NCBI RefSeq assembly: GCF_022701215.1
Contig: NZ_CP089976.1
Span: 630,001-662,000 of the forward strand
Length of the DNA stretch: 32,000 nucleotides
Source: Moraxella nasovis
Lineage (GTDB): Bacteria; Pseudomonadota; Gammaproteobacteria; Pseudomonadales; Moraxellaceae
Direction of reading: 5' to 3'
Every line of letters begins with the position of its first letter. Position 1 is the first letter of the stretch. Position numbers and translations under genes: made by a program. The notes under the pieces are model-generated. The model made no database searches. It saw only the letters and a program-made list of their open reading frames with translations, and was not told the DNA's origin. This document shows positions 26,825 to 32,000 of this stretch, in pieces.

Positions 26825-28225
26825 ATGCTCTTAGACATTAATCGCTATTCATTCGCCACTTATAAAAAAGAATTTATCGCCATCTTAACACTTGGGCTGC
26901 CCATGATGCTCTCACAAGTTGCCCAAGTTGGAACAGGCTTTATTGATACTGTCATGGCAGGTGGTGCAGGTAAAGAAGACTTGGCGGCTGTCGCCTTAGG
27001 TAATAGTTTTTTTATCACCATATACATCACCATGCTTGGCGTAATGACCGCCCTAAATCCGATGATTTCCCAAGCTCACGGTGCTGCCGTTAAAGGTGGT
27101 AACTCTCAAGCCATCGGTGAAATGGGGCGTCAAGGCATTTGGTTTGGTGCGTTAATGGGCTTAATAGGCATGCTACTCATGTGGCTTGCTGTTCGTCCAT
27201 TTCAGGCATTTTTTGATCTCACCGACTACACACAAACCGTCGGCTCAAACTACATTTGGTTTGCAAGTCTTGCCATGCCTGCTGCCATGATTCATCGCAG
27301 TCTTCATGCTTATGCTTCAAGCTTAAACCGCCCAAAAGCCATCATGTGGGTCAGCTGGCTTTGCTTTTTTCTAAACATTCCCCTAAACTGGATTTTTGTT
27401 TATGGTGAATTTGGCATGCCTAAGCTTGGTGGTGCTGGCTGTGGTCTGGCAACAGCGATTGTATTTTGGGTAAATGCCATCGTGCTTGGGCTATTCATCG
27501 CTAAAGATAAGTACTTTAAAGAGTTTGGTCTAACCGATAAATTTAGCTTGCCTGATCTTAAGCTATTTGGTGATATTGCACGACTTGGCATACCGATTGG
27601 CTTTTCGTTTTTCATTGAGATTAGCTTATTTACCTGCATTATGTTCTTAGTGGCAAAGCTTGATGGGCATACCGAAAATCTTGTCGCCGCCCAGCAGATT
27701 GTCATCAGCCTTATTAGCTTAATTTATATGATTCCGCAGAGTATCGGAACAGCAAGCACCGTCCGTATCGGCTATGCACTTGGTCAAAACAGACCCGCCC
27801 AAGCTCGCTATATCAGCGGTGTATCGGTGTCTAGTGCGATTGTTGCTGCCATGATAACAGCTATCTTCTTGGTAGTCGCTCGCTATCCACTGGCTAAAAT
27901 GTACACTGACGATTTAGCGGTCATCGGTATCGCCACAAACATCATGCTGTTTGCTGCAGCATTTCAGATGTTTGATGCAACCCAGACAGTGGCAAGCTAT
28001 GCCTTACGTGGCTATAAAGTCACTAAAATCCCCATGATTATTCATGCTACTGCCTTTTGGGGCTGCGGTCTGATACCCGGCTTTATCTTAGCATTTTTTA
28101 TGGGTATGGGAATCTATGGATTTTGGACAGCACTTGTTGTGTCGCTTTGTGTCGGCGCAGGGTTTTTAATGTGGTATCTAGAAAAATACAGCAAAGCCTA
28201 TAAAATCCCTTCGCATACCGCCTAA
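26825..28225 (+). CDS. norM: MATE family multidrug efflux transporter (NorM-like)
   Basis: 12-TM protein collinear with E. coli NorM/YdhE (GFIDTVMAGG...; FGMPKLGGAGCGLATA; VRIGYALGQ). I prefer the start at MLLDINRY (26825), because the track ORF begins at a non-ATG codon 93 nt upstream. Confidence 0.9.
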   Translation: MLLDINRYSFATYKKEFIAILTLGLPMMLSQVAQVGTGFIDTVMAGGAGKEDLAAVALGNSFFITIYITMLGVMTALNPMISQAHGAAVKGGNSQAIGEMGRQGIWFGALMGLIGMLLMWLAVRPFQAFFDLTDYTQTVGSNYIWFASLAMPAAMIHRSLHAYASSLNRPKAIMWVSWLCFFLNIPLNWIFVYGEFGMPKLGGAGCGLATAIVFWVNAIVLGLFIAKDKYFKEFGLTDKFSLPDLKLFGDIARLGIPIGFSFFIEISLFTCIMFLVAKLDGHTENLVAAQQIVISLISLIYMIPQSIGTASTVRIGYALGQNRPAQARYISGVSVSSAIVAAMITAIFLVVARYPLAKMYTDDLAVIGIATNIMLFAAAFQMFDATQTVASYALRGYKVTKIPMIIHATAFWGCGLIPGFILAFFMGMGIYGFWTALVVSLCVGAGFLMWYLEKYSKAYKIPSHTA

Positions 28226-28372
28226 ACACTTACCAATTCACACACCAAACTATGCTTATGAGCAAGTTTGGTGATAACGCTTTAATATTGATTAACCAAT
28301 AAAAACACCCCAAGCGGTTACAGCTTTTGTTATAATTAGACACTCATCACACTTGCGATTTTACAGATTATC

Positions 28373-29689
28373 ATGAAAAAATACACCCCGCTTATCGCCA
28401 TACTGACACTTAGCACGCCTGCAATCGCAGATGATTTGCCAAGCTTATCAAGCAGTCAATTTCATCAATGCCTTGATGGACTAAAATATACAGCAGCTTT
28501 TCGTGACGTATCTGGCGATACATTTGAACGTTATCGCCCAAGCGAGCCTGATCCTACGGTCATTCGCTCTTTAAACTATCAGCCAGAATTTAAAAAGGAT
28601 GTCTGGGATTACCACGCTTCTTTGGTGGATAGTGAGCGTGTGGCAGACGGTCTAAATGCCAAGCGTGAGATGGCTGATACACTGCGTCGTATTGAGGCAC
28701 GTTATGGCGTTAAAGCAGAGCATGTGCTTGGCGTATGGGGCGTGGAATCTAACTTTGGTCAGACGCTGGGTAAAAAAGACCTGTTCACAAGCCTAGCGAC
28801 GCTGTCTTGCTTTGATCGTCGCCAAAGCTACTTTCGCAGCGAATATGCCAACGCCTTAAAAATCGTCCAAAACGGAGACATTTCCCCTGCTGACATGACA
28901 GGCTCATGGGCGGGTGCCTTTGGTCAGACACAGTTTATGCCAAGCACCTTTTTAGAGCTTGCAGTGGATTTTGATGGTGATGGTCGTAAAGACTTGGTAA
29001 ACTCTAAAGCCGACGCCTTGGCAAGCACTGCCAACTTTTTGTCAAAACGTGGCTATCGCACAGGTGAGCCTTGGGGTTATGAAGTTGTGCTTAATGGCTA
29101 TGATGGCACAAGCGGACGCCGAAATAAAAAACCCATCAGCTATTGGCAAAGCATGGGGATTACGCTACCTGACGGCAGACCACTACCATATAATATGACA
29201 TCGGCAGGACTGCTACTTCCTGCTGGTAAAAATGGGCCTGCCTTCCTAGTGGGGAAAAACTTTGACACGTTTTATAGCTATAACGCCTCTGAAAGCTACG
29301 CTCTTGCCATCGCCCATTTAGCTACTTTACTTGAATATGAAAGCACCAATACCAACTTTGCCACGCCTTGGCCAACAGATGATGCAGGTATTGGTCGCCG
29401 TGAAGCCAAAGAAATTCAGCAAGCCTTGCTCAATGCAGGCTATGACATTGGTAATGTTGATGGCATTATTGGGGATAATACACGTCGTGCGATTATGGAT
29501 TATCAGCGTAAAATGGGTGTGAGTGTAGATGGACGAGCAGGTCAAAAATTCCATAGACTGATTACATCTCAGATCAGTACACAACAAGCTTATCCATACA
29601 GCAGCAGTACGCCAACACAGCCTAAGGCGATAACATATCGCAAGGTGCTAAATGCAGATGGCACAGTTTCGCTCATTCCCATGCCTTAG
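28373..29689 (+). CDS. Lytic murein transglycosylase (MltB/Slt35-like) with C-terminal peptidoglycan-binding domain
   Basis: Signal peptide MKKYTPLIAILTLSTPAIA. Catalytic region GVWGVESNFG and GAFGQTQFMPSTF. C-terminal PG_binding_1-like LLNAGYDIGNVDGIIGDNTRRAIMDYQRKMG. Confidence 0.88.
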   Translation: MKKYTPLIAILTLSTPAIADDLPSLSSSQFHQCLDGLKYTAAFRDVSGDTFERYRPSEPDPTVIRSLNYQPEFKKDVWDYHASLVDSERVADGLNAKREMADTLRRIEARYGVKAEHVLGVWGVESNFGQTLGKKDLFTSLATLSCFDRRQSYFRSEYANALKIVQNGDISPADMTGSWAGAFGQTQFMPSTFLELAVDFDGDGRKDLVNSKADALASTANFLSKRGYRTGEPWGYEVVLNGYDGTSGRRNKKPISYWQSMGITLPDGRPLPYNMTSAGLLLPAGKNGPAFLVGKNFDTFYSYNASESYALAIAHLATLLEYESTNTNFATPWPTDDAGIGRREAKEIQQALLNAGYDIGNVDGIIGDNTRRAIMDYQRKMGVSVDGRAGQKFHRLITSQISTQQAYPYSSSTPTQPKAITYRKVLNADGTVSLIPMP

Positions 29690-29704
29690 TGTTTTTTGGT
29701 CAAT

Positions 29705-29733
29705 AAAAACGGCTACTTAGTGTAGCCGTTTTT
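29705..29733. terminator. Bidirectional intrinsic terminator
   Basis: aaaaacggctac-ttagt-gtagccgttttt lies between the convergent transglycosylase gene and the small ORF. Confidence 0.85.
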
Positions 29734-29738
29734 ATGAT

Positions 29739-29906
29739 TTAGGATTCTTCTTCGTCATCATCCCACTTGGCATAACTTTTGGCAGGGTCAATGCCTTGGG
29801 ACTTAAGATAAGCAACTTGCTCTTCTAGCGTACGTGTTTTTTCTGCGTCGTGCATCGCATCTTCTAGTTTGTCCAGCTGATTAATCAGCTCTTTATGATC
29901 GGTCAT
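29739..29906 (-). CDS. Small acidic hypothetical protein (55 aa), not in the supplied ORF track
   Basis: The ATG at 29906 is preceded by AGGAG at a spacing of 6-7 nt. Hand translation gives MTDHKELINQLDKLEDAMHDAEKTRTLEEQVAYLKSQGIDPAKSYAKWDDDEEES*. It ends just before the bidirectional terminator. Confidence 0.55.
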   Translation of the reverse strand: MTDHKELINQLDKLEDAMHDAEKTRTLEEQVAYLKSQGIDPAKSYAKWDDDEEES

Positions 29907-29972
29907 GATTTTCTCCTAAATTAGATATATCTCCATTAAACCAAATTTATCCAAAAAAAGCAAATCTACCCT

Positions 29973-30797
29973 CTAATTCTCAAAAAATCCATCGCCCACA
30001 AAAACAACCCCATCGCCCACCAGCCCCCGAACAGTTGTCTGAATTTTATCATCTAAATGGCTAGCATAAAAAATCAAATCGCTCATCTGCTGTGTTTGAT
30101 GGTCAAGTGATAATTCCACCAATAAATCACAAACTCGATTTGCCACCGCCTCCCCAGAATCCACAAGCTCCATCTGTAAACGACGTGCAGCGATTTCTTC
30201 TGCTAAAAAAGCCTTAAAAAACGGATAATGCGTACAGCCAAGCACAATGGTGTCCACGCCATCATCCGCCCATGCTTTGACTTGCTTAACCAAAAGCTTT
30301 GCCACAGGGCTATCAATCGGCTTACCTGCCTCCACCCACGGCACAAGGCTTGGCTCAAAATGCTTATGAACAGTGATGTTGCTTGGCATGGCGACATCAC
30401 AGATGACCTGTTGTAGCAGTTTACCATCAAGCGTGGCTCTCGTAGCAAGCACAGCCACTTGCTTGGTTTTGGTCAAAAAACAAGCAGGCTTTAGTGCAGG
30501 AACAAGCCCCACGATTGGGATTAAAAACTGCTGCCTTAATACTTCAAGTGCGTGAGCAGAAGCACTATTACAGGCGATGACAATAAGCTTACAGCCTGCT
30601 TGGCATAATTTTTCCACCGCTTGGCAGGTTAGCCTTAAAATCTGCTCTGCAGATTTATCGCCATAAGGTATGTTTTTAGTGTCAGCATAATAGATAAATT
30701 GCTCATTTGGCAAAGTTCGTCTTAAATGCAAGAACACCGACAGACCGCCTACTCCGCTATCAAACACCCCGATTGGTGCATTATTCATCGCATTCAC
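29973..30797 (-). CDS. murI: Glutamate racemase
   Basis: IGVFDSGVGGLSV, IACNSASA and LGCTHYPF motifs. The track start is the GTG at 30797, and an ATG alternative lies at 30788. Confidence 0.93.
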   Translation of the reverse strand: MNAMNNAPIGVFDSGVGGLSVFLHLRRTLPNEQFIYYADTKNIPYGDKSAEQILRLTCQAVEKLCQAGCKLIVIACNSASAHALEVLRQQFLIPIVGLVPALKPACFLTKTKQVAVLATRATLDGKLLQQVICDVAMPSNITVHKHFEPSLVPWVEAGKPIDSPVAKLLVKQVKAWADDGVDTIVLGCTHYPFFKAFLAEEIAARRLQMELVDSGEAVANRVCDLLVELSLDHQTQQMSDLIFYASHLDDKIQTTVRGLVGDGVVFVGDGFFEN

Positions 30798-31399
30798 CGC
30801 TTATCTTGCTTAATCTCAAACGTCTGATTGCCACTTGTTAGGCTTAGCACCGTGCCTGTCCCCTTATCTGTCAGCTGACCCATCTCCACCAAGTGATACA
30901 GCACATTGCGATTCACACGTGCTGTAAGATTAAAGCGAGTATCAATATGCAGGCGCTCATCAAGCACGCCATCATTCATCACCGTCTTAAAATAAGGTAT
31001 ATGCTGTTCATCTAAGAAAATTTCATCGCCATGTGTTGTTGTAAATTTAATCAATGTCATGCCATCTATCGCCACCTCTTCCACTTGATTGATAAACAAT
31101 GGCACATCCGCCACACAGATTTCGTATTGATGGCTTGGTGTTTTTAAAAAATGGCGTTTTTTATCGCCTTCAATCTGTGCCCACAGCACGCTGGCAAATA
31201 AATCCACCAATGATTGGCGGGTTATTTTCACCCCTTCGTGATACCAGTCGCCATTATCGGCAATCCTAATATCAAACGGTGTGATAATCTTAGGCGACCA
31301 CAGCTCAAGCGGTGGTATAGGGCGCTCACTGGGTATCGCTTGAATCAGATGGTCAAGTGCGTTTTGTTGCGTTGGGTGTTTATGGTGATTGGCATTCAT
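30794..31399 (-). CDS. DUF1285 domain-containing protein
   Basis: FDIRIADNGDWYHEGVKITRQSLVDLFASVLW matches the DUF1285 core as I remember it. I prefer the ATG at 31399, which has an AAGGA Shine-Dalgarno sequence, over the upstream track start at 31435. Confidence 0.75.
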   Translation of the reverse strand: MNANHHKHPTQQNALDHLIQAIPSERPIPPLELWSPKIITPFDIRIADNGDWYHEGVKITRQSLVDLFASVLWAQIEGDKKRHFLKTPSHQYEICVADVPLFINQVEEVAIDGMTLIKFTTTHGDEIFLDEQHIPYFKTVMNDGVLDERLHIDTRFNLTARVNRNVLYHLVEMGQLTDKGTGTVLSLTSGNQTFEIKQDKR

Positions 31400-31559
31400 G
31401 GTTATCCTTAAATTATGGCGTGCCGAACACACCATCGCAAACAGCGTTATTATTAAATTTAGACACTCATTGTGCCTAAAAACACCTAAAAAAGCAAATA
31501 GATTGCACCAAAATCCCCAAAAGACGTCCTGTTAAATCTGTTATACACGCATTCGCTAA

Positions 31560-31588
31560 TTGTCAATCTGCCCAATGCTTGGTAAAAT
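31560..31588 (+). promoter_or_regulatory. Putative sigma70 promoter of the ETF-QO gene
   Basis: TTGTCA-17 nt-TAAAAT, about 50 nt upstream of the ATG at 31639. Confidence 0.4.
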
Positions 31589-31638
31589 GACTATCTCACC
31601 CACTAAAAGGCATTAGATAAATAGCCAAAGGAAACCCA

Positions 31639-32000
31639 ATGCAAGAACCAATTCAAAGAGAATCCATGGAATTTGATGTCGTCATCGTAGGCGGCGGCGT
31701 TGCAGGATTGTCCACCGCCATTCGTCTAAAACAGCTTGCCAATGACGCAGGCATGGATGAATTTATGGTGTGTGTTTTGGAAAAAGGATCAGAATTTGGA
31801 GCACACACGTTAAGTGGAGCGGTCATCGAGCCACGTGCATTAAGCGAACTTTTCCCAAACTGGCAAGAGATGGGAGCACCATTAAATGTAAGCGTCAAAG
31901 AAGATCGTGTGTATACGCTAAGCAGTGCCACAAAATCTGTCAAGCTACCAAGCTCAGTTGTGCCTATGAGTATGCATAACGAAGGCAATTACATCGTCTC
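31639..32000 (+). CDS. Electron transfer flavoprotein-ubiquinone oxidoreductase, N-terminal part (runs off the window end)
   Basis: Hand translation gives MQEPIQRESMEFDVVIVGGGVAGLSTAIRLKQLA...VCVLEKGSEFGAHTLSGAVIEPRALSELFPNW, the FAD-binding N-terminus typical of ETF-QO. An AAGGAA Shine-Dalgarno sequence lies upstream. It is absent from the ORF track because the ORF is open-ended. Confidence 0.88.
   Translation, partial: MQEPIQRESMEFDVVIVGGGVAGLSTAIRLKQLANDAGMDEFMVCVLEKGSEFGAHTLSGAVIEPRALSELFPNWQEMGAPLNVSVKEDRVYTLSSATKSVKLPSSVVPMSMHNEGNYIV

Noticed and set aside
28336-28347. The 12-mer ttagacactcat is shared with 31458..31469, and both copies lie in promoter regions.
   Set aside because: Identical 12-mers are expected many times by chance in 32 kb when both strands are considered. 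No extended similarity surrounds them.
31653-31988. 111-aa minus-strand ORF.
   Set aside because: It is antisense to the clearly recognisable N-terminus of ETF-ubiquinone oxidoreductase (GxGxxG FAD motif on the plus strand).

Overview
This is a chromosomal, mostly housekeeping window from a gamma-proteobacterium. The protein sequences and gene order look Pseudomonadales/Moraxellaceae-like: the S10 ribosomal operon, maf-rng divergent from gatCAB, and proC-yggT. My guess is a Moraxella-type genome with roughly low-40s %GC by eye, which cannot be verified here. I can support about 37 protein genes, 2 tRNA genes (Arg-ACG, Ser-GCU), and several intrinsic terminators and sigma70-like promoters. Most other ORFs in the six-frame track are antisense or alternate-frame shadows of these genes. 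Two accessory insertions are both attached to the essential gatCAB operon. (i) A GNAT acetyltransferase, a PF09720-like antitoxin and a ParE/RelE-like toxin sit between gatA and gatB. (ii) A conspicuously A+T-rich single-gene cassette encoding a DUF262/DUF1524 (GmrSD-like) nuclease follows gatB directly. It is bounded on its far side by a diverged second copy of the last 51 nt of gatB plus a related terminator. Other oddities:
- mreBCD is absent from the maf/gatC junction where related genomes carry it.
- The RNase G homolog lacks the Zn-link and small domain.
- There is an orphan PF10014-type 2OG-Fe dioxygenase.
- There is an untracked 55-aa acidic ORF.
- The rpsJ and rplY leaders are structured.
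I saw no CRISPR array, IS element, integrase or rRNA gene.
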